A stretch of DNA of 64,000 bases from Mobula hypostoma. Lineage: Eukaryota. The notes under the pieces were generated by a model, which had not been told where the DNA came from, made no database searches, and saw only the letters and a program-made list of their open reading frames with translations. Made by a program: the position numbers and the translations under genes. Of this stretch, positions 24,169 to 36,945 are shown piece after piece (position 1 is the stretch's first letter; the number at the start of each line of letters is the position of its first letter). Location: NCBI RefSeq assembly GCF_963921235.1, contig NC_086097.1:154444001-154508000 (forward strand). The letters are read 5' to 3'.

Positions 24169-25522
24169 CCAAAAAAAGCCTCTTGTAATGATAAAGCCCT
24201 TTGTGAGTGTATATAGTGAGAATCACTTTGGACTCTTCTAGGTGGAGAAAGGTTTGCAAGGATATGCTTTATCCTGGACAAAGGGTATTGGGTTGATGAT
24301 GACCTTAAAGTCACCACAGATTCGGACAGACCCAGGCTACTGGGACTACTCACATTGCTATGGGCTCCATTCAACCTCAGAAAAAAATCCTTCTGTGTCC
24401 ATACGATCTAGCTCACTGGTTATTTTATCAGGGAAGGCATAAGGAACAGGATGGGATTTGTAAAACTTGGGTGTAGCATTGTTAGAAACAGTATTTTAGC
24501 TTTGATATGTTTCAGTTTCCAGTGCCACCCTTGAACACTGTTATGGCATGATCCAGCACCTTTCTTAATTCGCTTGCAGTTGACTCTATTGCAGGGGATG
24601 AGGCATGCACATGATAGATGGATCTCCATTCAAGTTGTAGTTGTCTCAGCCAATTATGACCCTGCAATCCTTACCCTCCTGTTTTTTCCACATGCAAGCT
24701 TTGTTGGTTGTTGTATTCCACTGTTGCCAATGTCATTCTCACAGAAGTTATATGTTCTCCAGTATAAGTTCTTAGTTGGATAGCTGCAGGATTCAGTTTA
24801 GTGTCTTTGAAATGCCATTCAAAACACATGTTGTGGAATGACTGAAACAGCCAAGCCAGCGTCCAATTCTATTTTAATTAATTTGCTGTTCACTTTAGAT
24901 GTAAGCCACATTGCTTGTCTCTTGTTTTCACATTGGAAATTTGAAGGCTACTCAGTCCTGTGCCACTTTCATCATTGACAGATTTTTCATCAACAGCATG
25001 CAGGTTGGTGCTCTTCTTGAAACTGCAACTTGTCATTTATCTCTTCCCTGTGCAGTCTATTTATTCTTATCTGCCTGAAATGCTCTTTGTATGTGTCCTG
25101 CTTGTGTTTTTACTAATATTCTATATGTGCCTGTGTACGCAAGGACAGCATTAGCTGCGGTGTTGCATCGTGGGTGTTGAGGCTGGTCAAGAGATAATCT
25201 CAGTGGGTTGGGAGGTGTACACTGTATACACGCTTATTCTGCATCATTATATTTTTATGAATATTATAACATAAGTTGCTTGGCCTGCTAGGTTTCTGTT
25301 TAGATGTTGCAATTTTGTTCATGCTCACATCCATTCCTGATTGCAACTCAATTGCGTCTCTGTCTGCCGTTTCCATTGGTACAACAATTTCTACTGTTCA
25401 TTTAAGCACGAGTTCTGCTTCAGGTAGGTGCCATTTCTGAATGCTTTCTTGTAGGATTTCACAAACTAGACAAATTTTCTGTGCATCTTTAAGTATATCA
25501 CTGAAATGGCAATGGAGTTATT

Positions 25523-28500
25523 GAGTCATAGAAATGTACAGTACAGAAACAGGTCACATTGATCTGCACCAGGGTCATAGCCCTTCATATCCCTCCCATC
25601 CATGTACCTATCCAAACTTGTTTTAAATGTTGAAATGGAAAGCACATCTACCATTTGCGCTGGCAGCTCATTCCACAATCACATGACCCTCTGACTTAAG
25701 AAGGTTCCCCTTAAACATTTCACCTTTCACCCTTAACCCATGACCTCTAATTCTAGTCTCACCCAACTTAATGGAAAAAGCCTGCCTGCATTTGCCCTAT
25801 CTATACCACTCATAAATTCGTATATGTCTATTCAATCTCCCCTCAATCTTCTATGTTCCAGGGAATAAAGTTCTAACCTATTCAGTGTTTCCTTATAACT
25901 GAGGTCCTCCAGTCCCAGCAACATCCTCATAAATTTTCTTGGTACTCTTTCAATCTTATTTATTTCTTTCCTGTAGTTAGGTGACCAAAACTGCACACAA
26001 TACTCCATGTTAGCCCTCAGCAACTTCTTATACAAGTTTAACATAACATCTCAACTCCTGTACTCAATACTTTGACCTATGAAGGCCAATGTGCCAAAAG
26101 ATTTCTTAACAGCCCTGTCTACCTGTGATAGCACTTTCAATGAATTATGGACCTGTATTCCCAAATCCCTTTGTTCCACCACCCTCCTCAGTGCCCACTG
26201 CTCACTGTGTAAAACCTACCTTGGTCAGTCGTCCTAAAGTGCAACACATCACACTTGTCAACATTAAATTCAATCTGCTACTTTTCTAGCTGGTCCAGAT
26301 CCCACTGCAAACTTTGACACTCTTCCACACAGTCCACCACACCAACAATCTTGATGTTATCTGCAAATTTTCTGATCCAGTTATCCATAATATCATTCAG
26401 ATCATTGATATAGATGACTAACAGCTACAGACCCAGCACTGATCCCTACAGCACTCTACCAGTCACAGGTCTCCAGGTAGAGAGGCAACCATCTGCTACC
26501 ACTCTCTGGCTTCTCCCACAAAGCCTATGTCTAATCCAAATTCCAACCTCATCTTGAATTCCAAGTGACTGAACCTTCTTGACCAACCTCCCATGTGGGA
26601 CCTTGTCAAATGCCTTGCTAAAATCATATAGACAACATCGACTGCCTTGCCTTCATCAACTTTCCTGGTGGCTTCTTCAAAAAACTCCATTGAATTGGTT
26701 AGACATGACTTACCACATACAAAGCCAGGCTGACTGTTCTAATTAATCCCTGTCTATCCAAATACTCATATATCCTGTACCTCAGAATACCTTCCAATAA
26801 CTTTCCCACTACTGATGTCAGGGTTACCAGCCTATAAATTCCTGGTTTATTTTTAGAGCCTTTCATAAACAATGGAATAACATTGGTTATCCCCACAATC
26901 CTTTGGTACCTCACCTGTTGCAGACAGGGACATAGAAACTTTGTAGTCTCAAAATTTCACTTTTGATGGCCTCCTAATTATTAAGTACAGCATTGCCAGA
27001 AAAGAACCCGTACCAATCCACATATAGCAGATCCTTTCTGATACCATCGAAATTTGCCTTTCTCCAACTTAGAATCTCAACCCAAGGACCAGACCTATCC
27101 TTTTCCATAATTACATTGAAACTAATCACTGGATGTAAAGCGTTCCCGTACACAAACTTCGGTCACCTGCACTGTCTTATTCCTAAAAGGAGATCTGGTA
27201 CTGCATTGTCTTTAGTTGGGACTTTCATGCACTGATTAAGGAAATTTTCCTGAACACAGCTGACAAACTCTATCTCATTGAGCCCTTTCAAAGTATGGGA
27301 GTTCCTTCAATATGTAGAAAGTTAAAATCATCTACTATCACAACCTTACCTTTCTTGCAATGGTCTGCAATCTCTCTACAAGTTTGCTCTTCTAAATTGG
27401 GTGGTCTATAATATAATCCCATCGATGTGGTCATACCTTTCTTATTCCTTAGTTCTACCCATAAAGCCTCACTAGACGAGTTCTCCACTCTGTCCTGCTG
27501 GAGCACTGCTGTGACATTTTCCCTGACCTGTAATGCTACCTATCCTCCTTTAATCCCTTGCATTCTATCACATCTAAAACAACTCGACACCAGAATATTG
27601 AGCTGCCAGTCTTGCCCCTCCTGCAAACAAGTCTCACTCGTGTCTACAATATCATAATTCCATGTGGTGGTCAATGCGCTGAACTCATTTGCCTTTCCTA
27701 CAATACTTTTGGCATTGAAATATATGCAGCTCAGGACATTAGTCCCTCCATAGAACCATAGAACATTACAGCACAGAAACAGGCCTTCTGGCCCTTCTTG
27801 GCTGTGCCGAACCATTTTTCTGCCTAGTCCCACTGACCTGCACCTGAACCATATCCCTCCGTACACCTCTCAATCATGTACCTGTCCAAGTTTTTCTTAA
27901 ATGTTAAAAGTAATCCCGCATTTACCACTTCATCTGGCAGCTCATTCCACACTCCCACCACTCTCTGTGTGAAGAAGCCCCCTCCTAATGTTCCCTTTAA
28001 ACTTTGACCCCTTCACCCTTAACCCATGTCCTCTGGATTTTCTCTCCCCTAGCCTCAGTGGAAAAAGCCTGCTTGCATTCACTCTTTCTATACCCATCAT
28101 AATTTTATATACCTCTATCAAATCTCTCCTCATTCTTCTACGCTCCAGGGAATAAAGTCCTAACCTCTTCAACCTTTCTCTGTAACTCAGTTTCTCAAGT
28201 CCCGGCAACATCTTTGTAAACCTTTTCTGCAGTCTTTCAACCTTATTAATATCCTTCCTGTAATTTGGTGACCAAAACTGCACACAGTACTCCAAATTCA
28301 GCCTCAGCAATGCCTTATACAATCTCATCATAACATTTCAACTCTTATACTCAATTATTTGATTTATAAAGGCCAATGTACCAAAAGCTCTCTTTACCAC
28401 CCTAACTACCTGTGACCCCACTTTTAGGGAATTTTGTATCTGTATTCCCAGATCCCTCTGTTCTACTGCACTCCTCAGTGCCCTACCATTTACCTTGTAT

Positions 28501-30710
28501 GTTCTACCTTGGTGTGTCCTTCCAAAGTGCAATACCTCACACTTGTCTGTATTAAACTCCATCTGCCATTTTCAGCCCATTTTTCCAGCTGGTCCAAATC
28601 CCTCTGCAAGCTTTGAAAACTTTCCTCACTGTCCACTACACCTCCAATCTTTGTATCATCAGCAAATTTGCTGATCCAATTTACGACATTATCATCCAGA
28701 TCATTAATATAGATGACAAATACCAATGGACCCAGCACAGATCCCTGTGGCCCACCACTAGTCACAGACCTCCACTCAGAGAAGCAATCCTCCACTACCA
28801 CATGCTGGCTTCTTCCATTGAGCCAATGTCTAATCCAATTTACCACCTCTCCATGTATACCTAGCAACTGAATCTTTCTTAATAACCTCCCACGTGGGAC
28901 CTTGTCAAAGGCCTTACTGAAGTCCATGTAGACAACATCCACTGCCTTCCCTTCATCCACTTTCCTGGTAACCTCCTCAAAAATCCCTAATAGATTGGTT
29001 AAGCATAACCTACCATGCACAAAGCCATGTTGACTCTCCCTGCTAAGTCCCTGTCAATCCAAATGCTTGTAGATCCTATTTCTCAGTACTCCTTCCAATA
29101 ATTTCCCTACTACTGACGTCAAATATTCCAGTCCATAATTTCCCGGATTACTTCTAGAGCCTGCTTTAAACAACAGAACAACATGAGCTATCCTCCAATC
29201 CTCCGGCACCTCACCCGTAGATACCGACATTTTAAATATATCTGCCTGGGGCCCCTGCAATTTCAACACTAGTCTCCTTCAAGGTCTGAGGGAATACCCT
29301 GTCAGCTCCTGGGGATTTATCTACTCTGATTTGCCTCAAGATAGCAAGCACCTCCTCCTCTCCAATCTGTATAGGTTCCATGACATCACTGCTTGTTTGC
29401 CTTATTTCCATGGACTCCATGCCAGTTTCCTTAGTAAATACAGATGCAAAAATCCCATTTAAGATCTCCCCCATATCTTTTGGTTCCATACATAGCCGAC
29501 CACTCTGATCTTCTTTCTTAAGTTTTTTTTTGCACTTTTTATACTCCTCAAGCACCTTATTTGCTCCCTGTTTCCTATACAGGTCATACATCTCTCTCTT
29601 CTTCTTTATTAGAGTTCCAATATCTCTTGAGAACCAAGGTTCCTTATTCTTATTCACTTTGCCTTTAATCCTGACAGGAACATACAAACTCTCACAATTT
29701 CTCCTTTGAAGGCCTCCCACTTACCAATCACATCCTTGCCAGAGAACAACCTGTCCCAATCCACGCTTCTTAGATTCTTTCTCATTTCTTCAAATTTGGC
29801 CTTTTTCCAGTTTAGAACTCAACCCGAGGACCAGATCTATCTTTATCTATGATCAAGTTGAAACTAATGGTGTTATGATCACTGGAACCAAAGTGTTCCC
29901 CTACACAAACTTCTGTCACCTGTCCTAACTCGTTTCCTAATAGGAGATCTAATATTGCATCCTGTCTAGTTGGTACCTCTATATATTGATTTAGAAAACT
30001 TTCCTGAACACATTTTACAAACTCTAACCTGTCTAGACCTTTAATAGTTTGGGATTCCCAATCAATATTTGGAAAATTAAAATCCCCTACTATCACAACT
30101 TTATGTATTCTGCAGTTGTCTGCTATCTCTCTGCAGATTTGCTCCTCCAATTCTCGCTGACTATTGGGTGGTCTATAATACAACTCTATTAATGTGGTCA
30201 TACCTTTCTTGTTTCTCAGCTCCACCCATATGGCCTCAGTAGATAAGCCCTCTAATTTGTCCTGCATGAGCACTGCTGTAACATTTTCACTGACTAACAA
30301 TGCCACCCCCCCCCCAACCCTTCATTCCTTTGCCTCTATCACATCTGAAACATCGGAACCCTGGAACACTAAGCTGCCAGTCCGCTCCCTCCTGTAGCCA
30401 AGTTTCACTAATGGCTATAACATCATAATTCCATGTCAATCCACACCCTCAACTCAACTGCCTTCCCCACAGCACCTCAGAAGATTATTACCACCACACA
30501 CAGAACCCTCCATGCTCAACCTTTTGCTTCCTGTCTTTGTAAGGGGTCTTAACAAATTCTGTCTCCACAACCACTCTACCACCGGTTCTGGCACTCTGAT
30601 TCCTAACCCCGTGCAACTCTAGTTAAAACTCCACCCCCCCCCACCAAGCTTTTCCGTGGATATTAGTCCTCCTCCAGTTTAGGTGCAAACTGTCTCATCT
30701 GTACAGGTCC
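25523..30710 (-). mobile_element. Older CR1 (25523-27751 and 30506-30710) inserted in Gypsy gag, internally deleted near 26920
   Basis: RT fragments 25832..26914; APE endonuclease fragments 27288..27866 (LSCIYFNAKSI, EALWVELRNKKG, YYRPPN). Confidence 0.85.
27752..30505 (-). mobile_element. Younger CR1 spanning APE to RT, nested in the older CR1
   Basis: (GTTCTATG)n tail at ~27748-27768; ORF fragments 27942..30306; CCCTCCAT repeated at 27744-27751 and 30506-30513. Confidence 0.88.
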
Positions 30711-31258
30711 AATCTGTGATGCTCAAGCAATTTCTTCAATTCAGCCACAGAAGCAGAAGTGGACTTCCCTTCCTCTTATGAAACCTAAAGTGTTCTGCAA
30801 TCAACAATGGTTTCAGTTCTAAATGTCGATGCATTACTTTCATGGTGTCTGTAAAGCTAATTTCAGCTGGTCTGGTTGGAACAATCAAACTTCGAAGCAA
30901 CCTGTATGCTCTTAGCAAAACTGCAACTCGTTTCTCATCAACTATCCATCCCATTTGTTTTAAAATACTGCTCAATTATTTTCAGTATACATAACACAGT
31001 TATCTTCCTGAATGAATCCAGCTTTTCATTTTAGCCAGCCCTAATGCATTTGTTTTCTGCCTTTTTTTTTTTTAGCTCTATTATCTCTGTTCCCTTCCAA
31101 AGAAGAAAAAAGATATGCTATGCTTTTTATTTACTTCACCAGTTCTTTCTTCTTGCAAAGAAAGCATGCTGCGCTTTATTTTCTAACTCAAACATCTCAC
31201 TGTGCTTCAACAGGGAGATAGTGGTCTCTGGTTCATTTTAAAACTTACTCATTGCCAC

Positions 31259-31491
31259 TATTGTGTTTTATCACTCCGAAAATTATAAAATGAAAGAAAA
31301 ACGCAGGAGAGCCAGGGATAACAGTGTACTCTTCATTTTCACTTTTGTGAAGAATGTACATATGATATGGTGGCTTGCTGACATATGCCATTCAAGTACT
31401 TTTACATCTAACCCATAATGAATTATGTAAAAAAAGAATGCTTAATCAAACAATATATTTATAATATTAGTGAAATATTAGATACACAACA
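31259..31491 (-). repeat. Gypsy 5' LTR
   Basis: Ends ACAACA on plus (TGTTGT start on minus); followed on minus by PBS-like TGGCAATGAG; homologous to 19278-19452. Confidence 0.8.
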
Positions 31492-32090
31492 AGGCAGGTT
31501 ACCTGAAATTGAAAAACTTAATTTTCATGCCTTTGTCGGAATATAAAGTGCTGCTGTTTCAGTTTGTATTGGGCTTCATCCTGGCAGTAGAGAAGGTCAA
31601 GGATGGATGGACAGGTCGGTTTGGGAATTGAGAAGGGAGTTGAAATGGCCTGCAGCTGGAAGTTTGGGATGGACATTGTGGAGTGAGTGTAGGTGTTCTG
31701 CAAAACAGTCACCAATTCAGACAAAGTCTGCGCTTCGGCCTGCCAACGTAGAGGAGGCCACATCAAAAGCTTCTCAGTTCAAAAGCAACTGCAGACAGAA
31801 TTAAATGCTGATTTTGCCAGTGGCACCCTCATCATGTGAACAAATTATAAAATAACCTTGCATTTATAATCAAGCAATTGCAGTCGGCAAGGCTGAAGGC
31901 GATGCATATGAACCTTTGCCTCCCCTGGAAGGACTGTTCTGGTCCTTGGATGGTAGTGATGAAGTTACATTTAGTGCAAGGGTAGAGGAAAGTGCCAGGG
32001 ATAAGGTAGGGGTGTATGTGGAAAGATAAGTGGACCAGAGAGTCATGGAGTGAGCGACAATACCTAAGCTACTCGGGTTGTGTGCCACAA
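31492..32090 (-). mobile_element. Old PLE GIY-YIG region (right half of the split element)
   Basis: Minus strand PGTF..C.KC..IQGPEQSFQ, CGLLYVG, GDCFAEHL, LLYCQDEAQYKLKQQHFIFR, ..NFR* at ~31499. Confidence 0.78.
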
Positions 32091-32859
32091 TGTCTTGTGT
32101 TTCTAATATACTAAGTTATAAGGAGAACTCCTCAATGTCAAAGGCATTCAGTTCTCAAATTTAACTGTTTGCATTGCTACATTAATTACATCTGGAAACA
32201 CCCACACACTTCAAATTTTAGTAGGTTGTTAAATGGAAAAAATTAAAACACATTATATTTTCTTATTGAACCATCAAACATATCCCAGAAATGATGAATT
32301 GTATTATTTTGGGCCTCAGATGAGTTCCATGAGAAAATAATTGATGGTCATGGACTTATTACAAACTTGAATGCTTTTTTATTATTTTAATGGCAACGTA
32401 CCATGGATAATGGAAATCCTAAAATCAGAAACATTCTAGATAAACTCAGCAGATCAGATCAAGTCTGAGAAGAGGAAGGATATTAATAGTTCAGGTAAAT
32501 GACTATCCTGATATATTCTGCTCCAACATAACAGATGATATTAACTTGATTAATAAAGCTATTGTTTGATTATAAATGCAGGATTATTTTATAATATGGT
32601 GAGGCTGCTGCTGGCAAAACCAGCATTTAGTCCTGTCTGCACAGTTGCTTTTGAACTGAGCGGCTTGCTGCATCATACCAGAAGGATCAGAGTGGATAAG
32701 AAGCAGAATTCCATCCATAAAGCCACTGACGAACCTGCTGTAAGAATTTGGTGTTTTTTAGTTACAAATTGAATACCAACTCCTGTTATCAAATTACCTG
32801 AAGTTATCCTCCCTAGCTGCTAAATAAAATTTGAACTCAGATAGAAATTAAGTTACATA

Positions 32860-33235
32860 TATAGGCTGAGCAGATGAGGTGAATGCGCAGCCTTCTCCAA
32901 GATTTGGAAATCAAAAATTAGAGGACGTAGGTTTAGGGTGAGAGGAGAGAGATTTAATAGGAACCTGAAGGACAACTTTTCACCCAGGGGGTGGTCAGTA
33001 TATGGAATGGGCTGCCGGTGACAGTGGTTAAGGAAGGTATATTAACAATATTTAATAGGAACTTGGACAGGTACATGGATGGGAAACGTTTAACTCTTGG
33101 ACAGGTACATAGATAGGAAATGTTTAACGGAATATGGGTTAAACATGGACAAGTAGGATGAGCTTAGGTATGAATTTTGATTGGCATGGCCAGTAAGGCC
33201 GAAGGACTGTTTCTGCATGCATGATTCTATGGTTC
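32860..33235 (+). mobile_element. CR1 3'-end fragment
   Basis: RGRRFRVRGERFNRNLKDNFFTQGVVSIWNGLP remnant and GATTCTATGG tail. Confidence 0.75.
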
Positions 33236-34535
33236 GATATATAGTTCTGCATCAAGGAAGTAACAAGGGTCATCACAAAAATTAAAGAGTTAGACTCTGA
33301 AAACTCTCATTGAAATGTTAGACTCTAATTGATTATTTTGTCATGTTGACAGCATTAGTGTTTATAGGTTCCATTGTGTTACTAGTTCCAGATCAAATCT
33401 TCCGAGGGAGAGCTATAAACAGAATTTTCTTTATTGAGGACAGTAGTAAATAAATGTGTAATATCTGGGTGCAGCAACTTATCAAGAATCATAATTCATC
33501 ATTTAAACTATTTCTGAAGGATATCTATATTCTCTTCTGTTGCAATCAGTTAACTGTTTAGATTTATCTACTGTTTTAGTTCAACCAGTTATGAATTCAT
33601 TCAAGCCCTTGCTCCTCATATTCACTGAATGCCGCAAACTTAATTTGACATCGCTTAAATATCTGCTCCAGGCACCATTAATTGTATTTTGTCACCTTCC
33701 CAGATAGACTGATGACTCATTGGCTCTGGTATCCTATTAATGGAACTATTTCCTCAATGCAGTTATTATTACAACCTTGAAGACATTTTTCTACCTCACC
33801 TGCATGAACCAATGTGTCCACATAAAATGACACAGAAGTTATTAACTTATCCATATAACTATAGACACCGGACAACAAAGGTAGCAGGAAGAAAGTGGAA
33901 AGCTTTGGTGTCACATTGATAATTCCTCTTTCAGGGTCATATCCAAGACCTGCAGTTCTGAATCAACTGTCTTCAATCAAGCAATGCCGTGGTTGGCTGC
34001 TGTTAATGACCATGCCTGTTATTAATCCTTCAGATACCTTTCAGAACTTATGAGCTGTTTCTACATTGTCATCCTGTCCTTTCTTGATTCTTCCACACAA
34101 TCAGTATAACATTCAGTCTATTTAGCAACTCTATAAATTGCAGAAATCCTGTGCTCTTCCTCAGCACTCGGCAACTTTCAGCTTCTCTCTGTATATTGCC
34201 TCGGCCAGCCTCAGTCCACGTTATTCCATTGCTGAACCTCACGCCTCACCCTTTGTTTCTCACCTTGCAGTAACAGAACTGTTATCCTAAAGCTTCTGTG
34301 AACTCTTTCTCCTTGTTTCAACAGATTACAGTCCCTTCCCCTTAGTTGTCAGCATTCAATTAATCTCAAATTAACCAATTATTCTGAAAAATACTGAATC
34401 ATGTTATTGCTGAACCTACACGCTTGCCTCTGCTTACTTGTATTGGATTATCTTTGTCCGCCCTAGACTCAGAATAGATTTTCCTCCAGGACATGTCATC
34501 AAGTCCATGCTGAGCTCTTGAACTCAGTCCCTACT

Positions 34536-35700
34536 AATGAAGGCCCACACGATACGCATTCTTAACCACCCTATCAACTTGTACAGCAACTCTGAGGGAT
34601 CTATGGATTTGGACCCCAAGATCCCTCTGTTCCTCCACATTATGAAGAACCTCGCCATTAGCCTTGTACACCACAATCAAGTTCAATCTTCTAAGGTATT
34701 ATCACTGCACAATTCTTCAGATTGAACTCCGTCGGCCACTTCTCAGCCTAGCTCTGCATCTTGCCTATATCCCATTGTAACCTCTGGCAATCTTCTACAC
34801 TATCCACAACACCACCAACATTCATGTCATCTACACACTTACTAACCCACCCTTTTAGTTCCATATCCAAGTTATTTATTAAAATCATAAAGAGCAGAGG
34901 CCTCAGAACAGATCCCTGTGGAGCACCACTGGTCACTGACCTGAAGGTAGAATATCCTCCATTTACTACTACCCTCTGACTTCTGTGAACAAGCCATTTC
35001 TGAACTTACAGAGCAAAATTGTCATGTATCCCATTACTTACTGTATGTCTTTCTGGATGAGCCAACCATGGAGAACCTCGTCAAATGTCTTACTAAAATT
35101 CATTTACACCACATCCACAACTCTATCTTCATTAATTTATTTTGGCATTTCCTCAAAAAATTTAATTAGACTTGTGGGGCATGACCTGCTCCTTAGGAAA
35201 CCATGCTGATTATTACGACTAAGACTATGCTTCTCCAAAAGCTTGTAAGTCCTGTCTTAAGAATTCTGTCTATTAATTTTTCCACCACTGACATTAGATT
35301 TGTGAGTCTATAATTCCCAGAATTATCAAAATTATCTTCCTTAAACAATCGAAGTACCATACCAATCCTCTAATGCTCTAGTACTACTCCTGTAGCAGGG
35401 AGATGCAAAAATCATCATCAACTCATCAGAAATCTCCTCCCTCATTTCCCTAGTAACCAGGGTATATCTTGTTTGGCCACAGGGACATATCTATCCTAAT
35501 GTTTCTCAGAACTCTAATACTGCCTCTTTCTCAAAGTTTACATTAGCCTGTTCTATGTTTCACATTTGTCAAAGCCCCCCTCCCAAGTGAACACTAAAGA
35601 AAATTCTTCATTAAGGAACTCCCCTTCGTCCTCCATTTCCAGGCACATTTCCCTTTTAATCCAGACTGGTCCTACCCTCACTCCATTATTGAATTTGGCT
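34536..35700 (-). mobile_element. Degenerate CR1 RT fragment
   Basis: TSGAPQGSVLRPLLFMILINNLD, KCVDDMNVGGVVD, QHGF remnants. Confidence 0.8.
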
Positions 35701-35714
35701 TCACTTGCGAACAT

Positions 35715-36945
35715 CTCTGGAATGTAATGGATCATATAAAGTTCCACCTTCCAGCTTCGTTGGATCCTTTCCAGTTCACCAACCACTCAAACTATTCCAC
35801 TGATGATGGCATAGCTCGCCACACCTTTCCATCCTGTCCCACCTAGAGAACGATGCCTCATATGCCAGGATGTTGTTCATCCACTTCAGCTCAGCACGAT
35901 CATCGCTCAAAGGCTGGTGGGTAAACTCTCTTTGTTGGGACTCATCACCCCTCTCTGCAACTGAATCTTGGATTTCTGTATGGAAAGACACCTGTCATTT
36001 TTGAGTTGGCAGCAATATCTCAAGCTCCACACTGACCACTGTTGACCCCCAGGGCTGTCTGCTCAGTCCGCTGCTGACTCACAATCATACTGCCAGATCC
36101 AGGTCAAACCACACCATCAAGTTTGCTGACGATACAACAGTGGTTGGCCTCATCTGCAGCGATGATGAGTCGACATACAGAGAGGATGTAGACAGGCTCA
36201 TCCAGTGATGCAAGAACAAGAACTTGATCCTTAATGTGAACAAAACAAAAGAGATGATTGTGGACTTCAGGAAAGCTCGTATCGACCACTCTCCATTGCA
36301 CATCAATGGCTCTGTCATGGAGGAGTGAAAAACATAAAGTTCCTTGGTGTGCATACAACAGATGACCTAACCTGGACACATATCACCTCTTCACTAGTCA
36401 AGAAGGCACTACAGCATCAACACTTTCTGAGGAGAATGAGACATGCAAGGCTCTCTGCCCCCATTATACCAACTTTCTTCAGGACAGCTATCAAGTGTAT
36501 CCTGATTGGCTGCATCACTGTGTGGTTGGAAGCTGCAAGTCATTGGAACACAAGGCCCTACAAAGGACTGTAAAAGCTGTTGAAAGGATCACCGGGGTCT
36601 CCCTCTACCTATTTGTGATACTTACTGGGAACGTTGTGAACAAAGGGTCCGAAGCATTGTTGAGGATCCTTACCACCCATCCCACAACCTTTTTGACCCA
36701 CTACTGTCTGGAAGGAGGTAGAGAAGCGTCAGGACTAGGACTGCCAGGCTGGGTAACATCTCCCTCCCTCAGGCTGTGAGACTAATGAAAACCCTGCCAC
36801 CACTGAGGTCTCATCATTCAGACAACAAGCTGTTTACTGTTTATTATTTACTGTTTACCTGTGCTGCACACTACATGTAATTGGAATTATATTTTATTAA
36901 CTTATTTATGATATATACACACAATCAAATGACAATAAACTTTTA
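35715..36945 (+). mobile_element. Rex1/Babar-type LINE, 5'-truncated, degenerate
   Basis: DPFQF..STDD, SHLENDASYARMLFIHFSSA, IKFADDTTVVGLI, KTKEMIVDFRK, KFLGVHTTDDLTW; ends CAAATGACAATAAAC. Confidence 0.88.

Larger units (their letters stand above)
19278..31491 (-). mobile_element. Degenerate Gypsy/Ty3 LTR retrotransposon (Mag/K02A2.6-like) carrying nested insertions
   Basis: Homologous LTRs at 19278-~19452 (truncated) and ~31259-31491; PBS-like TGGCAATGAG; gag LLRSLIVPTRPAEISF..KPLLIAEHFRFHKR (30736..30975); RT YYLDDITVT; RNase H KFTLITDHPPL; integrase GHVGM..WPGIDQQIEQ..DFAG..FLVVVDA at ~21390-21965; flanks AGGCGG/AGGCAG. Confidence 0.85.
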
